Assembly (NCBI GenBank): GCA_951406725.2
Contig: OX597817.1
Coordinates: 129,208,001 to 129,272,000 of the forward strand
Source of the DNA: Octopus vulgaris
Lineage: Eukaryota
Length of the DNA stretch: 64,000 bases
Direction: 5' to 3'
The first letter of the stretch is position 1. Each line of letters starts with the position of its first letter. Under the pieces are notes generated by a model. It ran no database searches. It saw only the letters and a list, made by a program, of their open reading frames with translations, and was not told the origin of the DNA. Shown here one piece after another: positions 24,630 to 37,580 of this stretch. A program made the position numbers and the translations under genes.

Positions 24630-26310
24630 ACTTCTCAGGCACTCATCTCAAACAGCCTCGACGTCTTGAAGCGAATTACTTTCTGAATTCGTTGTAACTG
24701 ACTACACTGAGAGGAGAAAGGTGTAGGCGGGTGCTGACACCATAAGAGCTGTGCTTCAGGAAGAAGATGAAACTTGACCTGCTTGAAATAAAACAGACTG
24801 CGGAAATCGCTGAAAGAGATTCTCAGTTTGACATGATCTTGGACAGTTACAAGGAAAATTTTAAAATCAAAGACAATCACTTTACGCCGCTTTCCGTAAA
24901 GGCCCCTGATCTTAAGAAAAAACGGCCTGTTCAAAATACTTCCTATAAGTTGTTTTTCGAGACTATTAATGATTGTCATCCCATTCCAAAAAAGCATTAA
25001 AAATGGCGTAATTTAGTATTATGGAATTTCCTCGGAAGCCTTTAGCTTCCTTAGAGGAGTGAAAGCAGCAATGCGTGCCTGTCCATCCCATCTTGATAAT
25101 CTTCTACACAATAATGCTAAAGCATGCTTGTTAAGCATAAATAAAAAATTTTTACTGCTAAACTTGAAAAAAGTAAAGGTATAAATAATAGCATGTAAAT
25201 ATTGCGTTAAAACCCCTTTTGGATGGGAAAAATGTCGAAGGCTGCCTGTAGCTGACGTACTCAACTGATAAATTTTACTTTCACACAGATCGGACCGGTA
25301 ATTGCTCAGTCTATCTCGACTGAGGGCGAATACCAAAATATGCAAAGTAATCATCAGAGACATGCTGTTTGTATACAATGTAGCACTGACCGAATATTTG
25401 TAGCATCAATTGCAACACCGTGTGAGAACCTCTCAATAACTTGTCAAGTTTCCAGCTTAAACTGTGCCAAGATGTAAAATATTTCTTTGCTATTACTATC
25501 AATAGAAGCGAGCAGGAGGTAATCGACAAGTTCACATAAATGGATCCATCATTGCGGATAAACTCACCCCAGAATGTCAGATCAACAGGCGCATTGGAAG
25601 AGCATCTTCAACACTGGCTATGCAGACAACCAGAGCCAAGTATTAGTGAGGTAATAGTGCAGGTTTACAGTCTATAGGTCTTGCGACTTCAGCATATGAC
25701 TTTTGAAGAATGAGGCCTGGACCATCAAATCTAGAAAGCTGCAGTGTTTCAACAGCTTCTATCTGCATAACCTAAGATAAATTATGAATATAGAGAAAAC
25801 TGTTAGAGTAATCGACAATGAGGTTCTAGCCCATTGCCAGACGTGAAACTTCTTTTTCTACACCAACAAAGATCTTTCCTCTGGTTTGGTCGCATAAGCA
25901 GCTTGTCAGTTGGGAGGAACTTTAAAGACCCCCCTATTAGAGTAGTTGGCTCCCTCTAAGGTAGCACAAGATTGACCCATATCTTTGACTCAAGGGTTTC
26001 TGCAACGCAAATATGAAGTCTCAAAATGCGAACGTTGAAAGATGGGAGATAATTAACAAGGGATCTCTCATTCTTCAGACTGAAATTAGGCAAAGGATTA
26101 AAAAGACGAAAGAAGTACCTGATATTTCTTGCTGAAAAGTGGGCCCAAGAAAAGAAACAACACCAAAACAAAACTGGCAGTCGCAGCCTTGAAACGCATT
26201 TAAGGCACTCGGGTTTGTCACTCCGTTGTGAACCTTTACAGCTGCGACATACACTGGTATTCCAGTAAGATTTTCCATACGCAGATCCATAAACTAGGAG
26301 ACATACGGAG
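24630..26310 (+). mobile_element. Highly decayed RTE-clade (BovB-like) LINE
   Basis: Manual translation gives LSRLRANTKICKVIIRDMLFVYNVAL (RT FADD region), VIDKFT...QINRRIGRASST and NEVLAHC, typical of RTE ORF2. The 5' boundary is uncertain. Confidence 0.7.
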
Positions 26311-26936
26311 AAGTAGTGTGTGTGTTTGTGTGTGTGTATGAATATATACGCATATTATGGGGAGTGCATCTTTTGATTCAGATGATATTGGAAAAGAGGG
26401 GAGTGACAATCTGAAAGTTGGTGGGAGAGGCAAAAAATGCGGAGAATTGTTATAGTAGACTCGTGGGGATGAGGCTTTCATCTATGCGGCGTATATAATA
26501 AGTATATATAGACACACACACACACACATGATAGATTCTCTTGTCGCGACAGACAAATGAGGGCTCTGTAAAATAAAGCTTTAATCATGTTCTATGGACA
26601 CGAATGTGTCACTTGAGGCCTGCTGGCTCTTTGCAAACCTTTTGGGCAAATGGAACAAGTCGAGGACCCAATTTGCTTGAGTACTTCTGGATTAATTACT
26701 ATGTATTTTGTTGAGCGAACGGCGAGGCCTGGTTTGCTTTGTGCCACAAAACCACAATGACAGGTAAGGTTTCCATTTAGAGTAGCAGTTTATGCCAGCG
26801 TGCCTTCATGACCATATATATAACTATATATGTATGTATGTATGTGTGTATGTATGTATGTATGTATGTATGTATGTATGTATGTATGTATGTATGTATG
26901 TATGTATGTATGTATGTATGTATGTATGTATGTATG

Positions 26937-26967
<31 letters not shown>

Positions 26968-26991
26968 GCATGAATGTATATATATATATAT

Positions 26992-27178
26992 AACGGGAAA
27001 GTTTACGAAAATAAACAAAAGACGAAGGCAGGTGGAGTACAAACAAACAAATGTATTAGTATAGCGCTCAGGAATAGAAATAGAAAAAGTCTTTTACGTT
27101 TCGAGCCTACGCTCTTCGACAGAAAGATACACAGAAAAAAACAAGGAGAGAAAAAAATGCGTGTAGGAGCTAACGATA
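26992..27178 (-). mobile_element. Short PLE pseudo-LTR-like fragment ending in (TA)n
   Basis: Non-microsatellite island between microsatellites that contains a minimal hammerhead motif. Confidence 0.55.
27091..27126 (-). ncRNA. Minimal hammerhead ribozyme variant
   Basis: Minus strand cttt-CTGTCGA-a-gagc-gtag-gctc-GAAAC-GTA-aaag: stem I cttt/aaag, 4-bp stem II, palindromic ACGT in place of stem III. Core position 6 is U rather than A. Confidence 0.62.
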
Positions 27179-27705
27179 TACAGAGACAGACAGACAGACA
27201 GACAGACAGACTGACGGAGACACACAAAGAGAAAGAATGAGTGACAGAGAGGGGGAGAGACTTGCTATACATACACTAAATTTGATATCTTATATATATA
27301 TTTTCCCTCTCTTTTTGCCTCAATATATTTTACTTCTTTTAGGAAAAGGGCATAATCCAAAACTCCAGAACCTCAGCTGTTTATTCAGTTGGCGTCATTT
27401 ATCTAAATGAAAACTTCTTTCATTGGTTTTTCGCTTTATATCTCTAAGATTTTTCTCTAACATCTGTTCGCTTGTCTAATTTCATTTTTAGTTTTTTTCA
27501 GTTTAGCTACGTTCTCTGCGGGAAGTAAATCAGATTGAAATTCACAAATTGTTAAGAGATGTTTCTCGGATACAAAATATTACAGGGAGAGCTATTCCAA
27601 GTTTGCATTTGCATAATGAATATTACACACAGATATTCTAATCCGAGGCTGTTTTAAGTTCGAATTATTCAAACACACACACACACATACACACACACAC
27701 ACACG

Positions 27706-27767
<62 letters not shown>

Positions 27768-27770
27768 GTG

Positions 27771-27935
27771 GAGGCGCATGGCCTAGTGGTTAGAATCTCA
27801 GACTGGCCGATGTGTGCTCCGACAGAAGGAATTGCGAACTGCTGCTGACTCTTTCGCCACAACTTTCTCTCACTCTTTCCTCCTGCATCACCGGGAAACC
27901 GACCCTTATGAGCCAGGAATGACTTGAGTAGGAGC
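27771..27935 (+). mobile_element. SINE family B-like head, deleted or variant copy
   Basis: ggcgcatggcctagtggttaga A-box head as at 48446. The 3' part resembles 61860-61900. Confidence 0.65.
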
Positions 27936-27936
27936 A

Positions 27937-27987
<51 letters not shown>

Positions 27988-28315
27988 CTATATATGTATC
28001 TATGTATGTATGTATGTATGTATGTATATGCGTATGCATATGTATATATATATATATTTACATTTGTATATGTGTATATATATTGCGTTGTTGATATATT
28101 TTCTGCGTCATCTATGTGTTTCTTTATATGTAATAAGATATACAGTAATTACGAATTTATATGCACACTCACGCACAAACACGCGTGCATGTGTATATGT
28201 ACAACAGTGTCTATGGGAGGGTGTTTATAAAGTTACATTAATTGTATTAAACTTCTGACTTGACACGCATTCTGTGTGTGTTGTGAGTGTGCGTGTGCGT
28301 CATATGTGTGTGTGT

Positions 28316-28364
<49 letters not shown>

Positions 28365-28544
28365 TGTATGTGTGCGTGCGTGTATTTTTGCGTCTGTGTA
28401 CGCGCGCACGCGATTCTGGCAGCATATTTAACTTTCCTTCGGAAGTTATCTTTCTAAAAGATAAGATATTTCAGCCAGAAGTTTATGTATGTGTGTATAA
28501 CGTATCTTTAAAAATGCGACATATATATATATGTCGCATATTTC

Positions 28545-28750
28545 CTCAAATACCGATTGAGGAAAATGTACTCCAAATTTTTCAAATGTTTGCCTTTGAG
28601 CCTTATTAATTGTCATTGAATATGCAAGTCGAAGTGGAAACTGAAGTCTGTTTAGTGTGAATGGAATATTTGCATCACTTGGGCTAAATTTAATTCTGCG
28701 AATGTTTTTTTCCATTTCTTCTGGCGTGCAGTTGCTGAAAATTTCTGGGT
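28545..28750 (-). pseudogene. Helitron RepHel (PIF1-like helicase) C-terminal fragment
   Basis: RIKFSPSDANIPFTLNRLQFPLRLAYSMTINKAQRQTFEKFGV...VF matches the PIF1-type helicase motif (QFPLRLAyAMTINKsQGQT). Isolated fragment. Confidence 0.85.
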
Positions 28751-28889
28751 AAAAATGTACAAATTGAAATGCAAAAGAACGAAATAATTAATGGATTTAT
28801 GAATGAAAGTTTGGAAATTGCGTTTATTTCCACCACGCGACACTTGTTGCAAACATGTTTTAACTAACCTATACACACACGCAAATACA

Positions 28890-28971
<82 letters not shown>

Positions 28972-28975
28972 TGTG

Positions 28976-29010
<35 letters not shown>

Positions 29011-29276
29011 AGTTGTAGCTGTGGATTACTCAGCCATTTGTGAGTTAATTTTATTCTCGTATGATAATGAAAAGCGAAACTGGCAGCCAATATTTGCTAA
29101 GTCTCTCACACACTTTCTCTTTCACTGCCTTTGTGTCCTTCTCTCCCGCTTTTGATCAAACAATGTGCATATGTATCTATGTATCTACTTCTCTTGCGAT
29201 GTGATACACATTTAAAAACACAAAACGAACGCCGTCACCACTCACTGTCTCTTTCATTCTCTCACACTCTCTCATT

Positions 29277-29309
<33 letters not shown>

Positions 29310-29683
29310 CTCTCTTACTTCCTCTCTGAAACATTTAAAAGCACAAAACGAACGCCGTCACCACTGATGTCTCTCTCTTTCTCTCTCACGAACTCTCCCT
29401 TTCTCTCTTATTTCCTTTCTCTCCTCTGCTCTCTCGCTTTGCCACTCCAAAGAAGTAAGTGTGACGCACACAACAGGTACGTACAAAAACAAAATGTTAG
29501 CGTATTAATATTATTGATAAGTGACTTCCCTTTTATTCAACAGTTTTTCATAGCGTCTATTGCTATTAATAGCCGAAGAGAAGGCATCATGGCACTTCGC
29601 TCCGACATTCGAAACTCCGAGTAATATAATGACAATTTACTGTTTGTTCTAAATTATATACATACACACACACACACACGTAC

Positions 29684-29757
<74 letters not shown>

Positions 29758-29969
29758 GCGCGTGTGTGTGTATTCGTGTATGTATACTTAATGCACACAC
29801 ATTTATAAACATGAGTATTTATATGTATGCATTTCTTTATGTACGAGTATATATGCATATATGTATATATATATGTATATATATGTATGTATAAATAAAT
29901 AAATATATATATATATATGCTTATATATATATGCATATATACATAGATACTGTATTCACACATATATAA

Positions 29970-30650
29970 ACTTCCTCTCCTTCCTCCCCCTCTTCAGATA
30001 TTTCCAGAAAGTTCTTCCTCCCCTTCCTCTCGCTCCTCGGACTTTTCCAGGAAGTCCTTCCTCTCATCCCATTCCTCCCTTTCCTATTCCTTCTCGGTCT
30101 TTTCCAGGAGGTCCTTGCTCCACTTGCCCCCCTCCTCGAACTTTTCCACGAAGTCCTTCCTCCCCTTCGTCCCCAAGTCTGAGGAGAGGAAGGAGGACTT
30201 CCTGGAAAAGTCCGGGAGGGACAAGAAGGGAAGGAAGGGGAGGGGAATCTTCCTGGAAATGTTCGAGGAGGGGGTGGAAGGAGAGTAAGGTGAAGAAGGA
30301 CTTTCTGGAAAAGTCTAAGAAGGTGGAGGAAGGGGAAAGGAGAGGAATGACTTCCTAGAGAAGTCCTCTCCTTCCTCTCATCCTTGGTCTTTTCCACGAA
30401 GTCCTTCCTCCCCTTCCTTCTCCTCCTCGCACTTTTCCAGAAGATCCTTCCTCCCCTCCTTGGAATTTTTCAGGAAGTCCCACTCACTCCTCCTCGGACT
30501 TTTCCAGGATGTACCACTCACCCCATCCTCGGATTTTTCCAGGAAGTACTCACCTTCTCCTCGGAATCTTCTAGAAAGTCATTCCTCCCCTTTCTTCCTT
30601 CCTCCCCTTCCTACTCCTCTTCCTCCCCTCCTTTCCCTTACTCCCCTTTA
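29970..30650. repeat. Repeat-spacer array of 14 near-palindromic cores (TCGGACTTTTCCAGGAAGTCC) with a central inversion
   Basis: Cores near 29994, 30037, 30094, 30136 (+); 30195, 30244, 30298, 30348 (inverted); 30384, 30427, 30460, 30494, 30529, 30561 (+). Spacers are variable and C/T-rich. Confidence 0.85.
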
Positions 30651-31114
30651 GTAATGCAGGAGAGTCTTCAATTAATAAACACTGGATATTCGCAAATAAC
30701 ATAATATAGTTAGTTTACACAGACATACATAGATTTACATATACATATGTAAACATACATACTCACTAATATAGAAATAGGTACACGTATACTAAATTGT
30801 ATATATACCAATACACATATTCTTATGTGTATATATATAGATATATCATACACCCATATATATATACATATATATATATGCACCCATATATATATATATA
30901 GAGAGAGAGAGAGACACACACACACACACACACGTACACCCATACACATGCGTGTACATTCCTACATACACATCCTTATATACACAGATATATATACACA
31001 TTCATTAGATACTTAATTCTATTTACGTTTGTGTAACCGAGACATTTTGGTTGGATTATATAGTCATTGGTATTACGTTACTTTCTATATTCTGTAACTG
31101 TCACAATATACATT

Positions 31115-31285
31115 TCTAGGCCTGAAATCTTTGTTGGGAGGGGCCCAGTTGTTATATCGACCCTAGCACACAACTGGTACTTAATTTATCGACCCCGACA
31201 AGACGAAAGGTAAAGTCGACCTCGAAAGAATTTCAACTCGGAGCGTTAAGACAGACGGTCATAATATGCAAACATTTCTCTTGGC
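31115..31285 (-). mobile_element. SINE family C
   Basis: ctggtacttaatttatcgacccc...aaaggtaaagtcgacctcg is the reverse complement of the family C core. Confidence 0.8.
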
Positions 31286-31610
31286 ACTAGTACACTGTTT
31301 ACAGATGCTTACATTTTTTGTTTTCAGTGAATTTTTCACGGGTCCAGCTAGTTATTATTATTTTTATAATAAAAATAATTATTATTATTATAATATATAT
31401 ATATATATAATTTTTCACGGGTCCACCTAGTTATTATTATTTTTATAATAATAATAATTATTATTATTATAATATATATATATATATATATGTATATAGT
31501 AAGAAAGCTAGATAGATACATACATACATACATGCGCCATATATACGCAGGGAGACAGCCAGATAGATGGATAGATACATAGATACGTATATACACAGAC
31601 AGACAGACAG

Positions 31611-31657
<47 letters not shown>

Positions 31658-31688
31658 AATATTTGTTGTGCAAGATTTTTTATGTGAA

Positions 31689-31740
<52 letters not shown>

Positions 31741-31793
31741 CAGTCATGAATGATAACAAACCATTCTGAACTACATTAGATCATTTGGCAACA

Positions 31794-31841
<48 letters not shown>

Positions 31842-32268
31842 ATGAGTGTTTGTGTTCGTGCGTGTGCGTAAGTAAATAAAACGAAAGATAATTGAAGAAA
31901 CGACACAAAAATAATAACAAAAAAACACAAGTTTATCTAAAATGAAATAAAAACACAAATAAAAACATTCGAAATAAACTAAAAAAAGAAGGAAAAGCAA
32001 AAGTATACATTTACTTTGTTGTTGCTAAGATGCCGAAACAACAAAACCTCTGCGTGTATGCGTGTGTGTGTGTATGTGCGTGTGCGTATGTGCACGCGCG
32101 CGCGTTCGTCTGTGTTGTGTAGAGGCTCCGTTGGCATGCTGCACATTTAGTCTTTTGTTCCATAAGATGTGACATATTAATAAATCAGCGTATCTTCACA
32201 AAGGTGTCATATTTCATGTGACACTTTCCCAGTCTACATTCATACATATATACTCACATTCGTACACT

Positions 32269-32335
<67 letters not shown>

Positions 32336-32360
32336 TTGTAAATATATATATATATATATA

Positions 32361-32583
32361 TAAAATGAGATAGGGGTTGTAAATACAACCCTCCATGGGA
32401 TAACATATATCCAATATACTGCTCGAGAGGTACCCAACAAGACTAATACATAAATGTTAAAAATTGCGGTGCAATTAATTCATCTACTGTATTATGTGGG
32501 CAAGGGTAAAATTATTACCGTAAATTAATAATACAAAATGAGAAAATGGAGAAACATACCTATGTTTCTCCATTTTCTCATTT

Positions 32584-32588
<5 letters not shown>
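32361..32588. mobile_element. Collapsed sister copy of the 20441-21753 element (tail plus 28-bp hairpin)
   Basis: taaaatgagataggggttg...attaccgtaaattaata matches 20442-20608. It is followed by atacaaaatgagaaaatggagaaacata-cc-tatgtttctccattttctcattttgtat, with (TA)n on both sides. Confidence 0.82.
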
Positions 32589-32666
<78 letters not shown>

Positions 32667-32709
32667 GTATATATATGTATATATATATATGTATATATAC
32701 ATATATGTA

Positions 32710-32781
<72 letters not shown>

Positions 32782-32784
<3 letters not shown>

Positions 32785-32986
32785 TCTTTTACTCTTTTAC
32801 TTGTTTCAGTCATTTGACTGCGGCCATGCTGGAGCACCGCCTTTAATCGAGCAACTCGACCCCGGGACTTATTCTTTTTGTAAGCCCAGTACTTATTCTA
32901 TCGGTTTCTTTTGCCGAACCGCTAAGTAACGGGGACATAAACACACAAGCAATGCTAGGGGGACAAATACAGACACAAAAACACAC

Positions 32987-33020
<34 letters not shown>

Positions 33021-33182
33021 GACAGGCTTCCTTCAGTTTCTGTCTAACAAATCCACTCACAAGGCATTGGTCGGGCCGGGACTATAGCAGAAGACACTTG
33101 CCCAAGATGCCACGCAGTGGGACTGAACCCAGAACCATGTGGTTGGTTAACTAGCTACTTACCACACAGCCACTCCTGCGCC
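32782..33182 (-). mobile_element. SINE family A
   Basis: Near-full copy with a (TAAAAGAG)n-type tail and head ggcgcaggagtggctgtgtggtaag. Confidence 0.92.
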
Positions 33183-34302
33183 TATATATATACATATATA
33201 TTGTATGTGTGTGTATATATACACATACAGATACGTATGTATGTATGCACATGCACACATGCATGAATGTATGCACGTATGTATATCTGTATGTGTGTGT
33301 ATGTATGTGTGCGTGCGTGCGTGTGTGTGTATGTGTGTGTGTGTATGCCAAAACAGAAAAACAGCATATTCCCGGACAAAGAAATCTCTACATAGTGCTT
33401 GATCTAAAAGAAATGGCAGACGATTTTCTTCAAAACATACAGTAAACCTTCTAAAATTGAAGGTCACATTCGACCAAAATATAAAATAAATGATGAAGTT
33501 TTAATGGAATATGGGAACAGATTTTAGTAGTTTATTCCAGTGGTCGTCTCTTCCAGGATCCCAAGGCCACGGTACGCTTCTCGGAATGTACTGAACCGAT
33601 TTTCTCTTCCTATGTTCAGAGATTCAAATAGGGTTGGAATAGTCGCTTATAAAAACATACACTTGCAGAAGACAGGAGTGATGGATGAATAGCACGTGTG
33701 CGTGTGTATGTGTGTACTGTTTACTTAGACGCAGCAAATGAATTTAGGTCAAATGCTGGGATTTCATTGGTTAAAATTCGAAGAATTAAACTACGTAAAA
33801 GTTACAAAATACAATTTTCTCAAAAAATCTAGTTGAAATTAATGTTTTCTTTTGACACATTCTACCAGTATACGAATTTTCAAATTGTTTAGTTAACTAG
33901 AAAATTCTGTCCATCTTTTAGAAAAGATCCGTAATCTCATTATGACGGATTGAGTCTGGAACTTGGGCTGAGAAAACCGCTTGACCACTCTTTTTTTTCT
34001 TTCTTTTTTATCTATTTGCAAACTTACATAAGATTGAACTACATAAATCAGCATTAATGTGTGCTTTAAAGTGCTTTGAAAGTAATGGGGGTGGGGAATA
34101 ATAAACGTATTTATCGGTTGTACGCTTCAATAGCAGAATTTCCGACTAGAAATGTTAAGTCACTTGTATATATCGAGTAGGGAACAAACGGAAGAAAATA
34201 TTTCTCAACATATTTTGTCGGAGTTCCAATTATTTAATAGTATTTAAAAGTATTTGATATAAAGATACAGGCGCACACACGCGCCTATATCGTTATATAC
34301 AC

Positions 34303-34349
<47 letters not shown>

Positions 34350-34351
<2 letters not shown>

Positions 34352-34662
34352 GGGGAGGGGCTCACAATCATGAAGTAGTGAGTTCGATTCCCGGACCGGG
34401 CTGTGTGTTGTGTTCTTGAGCAAGACAGTTTATTTCACGTTGCTCCAATTAAGGCAGCTGTAGAAATTAGTTGCAATATCACTGGTGCCAAGCTGTATCG
34501 GCCTTTACCTTTCCCTTGGATAAAATCAGTGGCGTGGAGTGGGGAGGCTGGTTTGCATGGGTGACTACTGGTCTTCCATAAACAACCTTCCCCGGACTTG
34601 TGTCTCGGAGGGTAACTTTGTAGGTGCAATCCCATGGCCAGACTGAAGTGGGCCTTTACCCT
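34350..34662 (+). mobile_element. SINE family B
   Basis: gagttcgattcccggaccgggctg...gcaagacagtttatttcacgttg...ggtgcaatcccatgg matches 48446-48782. Confidence 0.85.
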
Positions 34663-34789
34663 TTTATATATATATATATGTGTGTGTTTACAGAGGGAGA
34701 GAGAGAGAGAGAGGGAAAGTTTCTTCATTCATATTTGAGATTTTAAATTTACTAATTTTCATTCATAGAAGGTACACATTAAAATACAG

Positions 34790-34828
<39 letters not shown>

Positions 34829-35723
34829 CCAATTTCCTATATCTACATACAAACAAAACCGTCTCGTGAAACGAAGTACAAGCTATGATTGGTTGGAACT
34901 GTTATCGAGCCATCATTACCACCTCTACCCCACCGTCACCTTACGACCACTGAATTTTTTTCCCTTTCTTGTGACGAAAATAATTTCCTTCTAATATTAA
35001 TAAATTTATATTCTTTTAATCTAGGAAACTAAAAATGTCCCTCATCCTAAGATTTCCTCCTAGCAAATGCGGTGCTATTATGCAAAACTGTGGTGATCAA
35101 GATACTTTGATTTATATTTGTTAAAATTTTCATGGACAAAAATAAAAGAAAGAAACAGGAAGATAAGAAGTTCAGTCTTGTTAGGAATTCATCAGTGGCT
35201 CCGTATCCTCTATAACTCCTCTGAGAGACAGTTTAGAAATCCAAGATTACTAAAACTTTACATAAACTGGAAAACCCAGTTTGCATACATAACGCATACT
35301 TGCTTTCTGGTGCGATTGCTAAACTACAGGTGAGGCAATAATACTTTGTCTCAATATTATAACACAATAAAATATATCTGTTGATTTTTAGCCAATTGTC
35401 TATAGGCAAATTTGCCGATAAAGACAATGCTTTGTAGGCAGATGTAAAAACCGCCTTTGTATAGACAATATTTTCATAAACAATAAAAAAGGGTTAAATT
35501 GGACTGGTTTTAATTTTGCGTTGGGAATTCATCTGTGACTGAGTACTTTTTGGAACTGTCTCTGGGGTTACTATGAGGTTATAAAACTACGTTTATAACG
35601 ATACTTGACTACCCGTGACCCGTTTTGTTTTATGGGTTTCTTTTCTTTTCCAAGTTATTTCGCATGCTTTCAGCGAATGTGACATCGAAATCACGGGTAA
35701 ACGGCTCCTTTCCACGGAAAAGG

Positions 35724-35842
35724 AAAGATTTGGCTGCTATTTCTTACACGACCTGCTACCATGTAACAGGTATTTGGGGTCCTTTATCGCAAATAGCTGT
35801 TACCTGGTAGCAGGGCGTGCTAGAAATAGCAGCCAAATCTTT
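35724..35842. repeat. ~119-bp hairpin (approx. 51-53-bp arms, short loop)
   Basis: aaagatttggctgctatttcttacacgacctgctaccatgtaacaggtatttg pairs with caaatagctgttacctggtagcagggcgtgctagaaatagcagccaaatcttt. Confidence 0.85.
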
Positions 35843-37274
35843 GTAGCTGAGATACGTTGAATGCACTCGAAAAATTTTCGTAACGGTGTTCACTTGAAAA
35901 TAATTAAAAAAAAACATTAAAATATCGTCTGTTTAAAGAAAGCTAAAATATATAAAATTCGACGTTTTTGTTTTCTTTCTTAAATAGTGATAGAGAGCGC
36001 GAAGACTATGTGTGCGCATATGTCTCACATAGCGGACGTGTATTTGTGTTGATTCACACGCCATGACACACATTATGTATATGTGTATTCGGTATGTTTG
36101 TATGTGTGTTGACGTCACGGAAGCCATGATTATTTTTCAGGAATAACAAACAAAAATTGTTTTTAATCGTTTTCATTAATAGAGGTCCAAATACCACAAA
36201 AAATTTGTACTGCACTGCATAAGGTAAGTATCAAAATATATATGCCAAAAAATTAAGATGAAATATTGTATTTCTGAGATATTTCGAGTACAAACAAACA
36301 TCTTCTAGAGTTTTAGTATTATTAAAATTAAGCTAATGGCATTGGCAAATCTGCATATACCATCGAAACAAAATACTGTTAATGTAACAGTAATCTATTA
36401 ATCGAATGAGCTTCAAAGACTGCGTCAAAGAGTGAGAAGGTAGAAAGAAAGAGGGAACGCTAAGTGACCTTTTCTCGAAATATCACTCAGCGGCCTTTCT
36501 TAATTTGTGGTAAACTCTTTTAAATGCATTTCTAAGGTTGATTATTATCAGAATGTTGGTGATCATAATGATTTCCTACAAGAATTATAGGAAGAATTCT
36601 TTGCGGCTCAGGAAGAATTAGTTGCCCAACTAAATGTGGAACCATGTGGAAATTTTGAAATTCTGGGCTTATGCTGTGTGAGGGATGAATGGGATATATA
36701 TTAAGCAAAATGGCTTCTATCAAATGCTTATGTGTCTTATGTGAGAAATATGGTCGTTTCTTCGAATAAGCTACGTACAAGTAGAGTTCTAATGACTTAT
36801 CTGATTGACATGCTTGTCTTTTGGAGAAGAAACGTTTGCTGTTAAATAATCTAATGCAAAGATGAACTTCATCAGGCATTGTATATCTGGGTCTGCATTA
36901 TCTAATGTCGTTTTTGCTTTGTCTTTTTGGTTTTGTTTTGTGTCTTTTTAAGACAAGTGTTTATGGTTTGATAGATATTTGGATGCTACTCCTAAAAAAT
37001 GGCTTTGTGATTTAAAAATTGTTTCGCTGCTACAAGGTGATGGACTCAATCCGTCTACGTAGCGTTTTGAACAAGTGGCTTCAACCATGGGCTTAAATCG
37101 AATAAAGTCTGGCGATAAATATTTAGCGGGCATAAACTATATGGAAGCCTATTGAAAGAACTGTTTCTTTTCTTGGCTCGTTGACTTAATCCATCAAAAG
37201 ATTTAACACCAACAACTCATACTGGGGTTTTCAAACATTTGCAGTTTGAGTATAATACTCACTTTTCCTTTCAG

Positions 37275-37580
37275 ACGTTTGGAGAACCTGAGCAAGATCA
37301 AGGGCGCAGCCCGAGTTCCACTGAATAATTAAAAATAAGAATTAATAAATAAACGTTAAGTAACCATAAATAGGCACGTTCGATGTCTGTGAAGAGGTAG
37401 GTAGAATACACGTTGTCAATGAAGAACGGCAGATATATGAATAACCTAAGTAGATTGGAAAAAAGTTTTGATGGGGTTAAGGAAAGTAGTACAGAAATTG
37501 GGGAGAGAAACTTTGCACCTGAAAAAAAAATAAAGGAAGTTTTTGTTGCCACAGGCCTTTTGTAATAGCTGAATGGCATG
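37275..37580 (+). other. Candidate spliced exon (non-coding or 5' UTR ending in ATG)
   Basis: Acceptor ctcacttttcctttcag| and donor atggcatg|gtaagt in non-repetitive sequence. No recognisable protein. Confidence 0.3.

Noticed and set aside
28446-28715. Host PIF1 helicase gene
   Set aside because: Only an isolated ~200-bp piece, with a frameshift and a mutated motif (QRQT). It fits a Helitron relic better.
29970-30650. CRISPR array or a real protein (ORFs 29921-30397, 30384-30704)
   Set aside because: Eukaryotic context with no cas genes; spacers are low-complexity and related to each other; the ORFs are repeat translations.
33541-33571. Micro-exon (ttccag|...ccacg|gtacgc)
   Set aside because: Splice-like signals alone are too common to support it, and the peptide is not recognisable.
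36141-36223. Exon with consensus splice sites
   Set aside because: It lies within sequence (about 35600-36330) that loosely resembles a non-autonomous Helitron-type repeat, and there is no coding support.
36870-36876. CTGATGA on the minus strand (also + strand at ~59523 and inside Tc1 at ~23773)
   Set aside because: No convincing stem II followed by GAAA and NUH. Probably chance matches.
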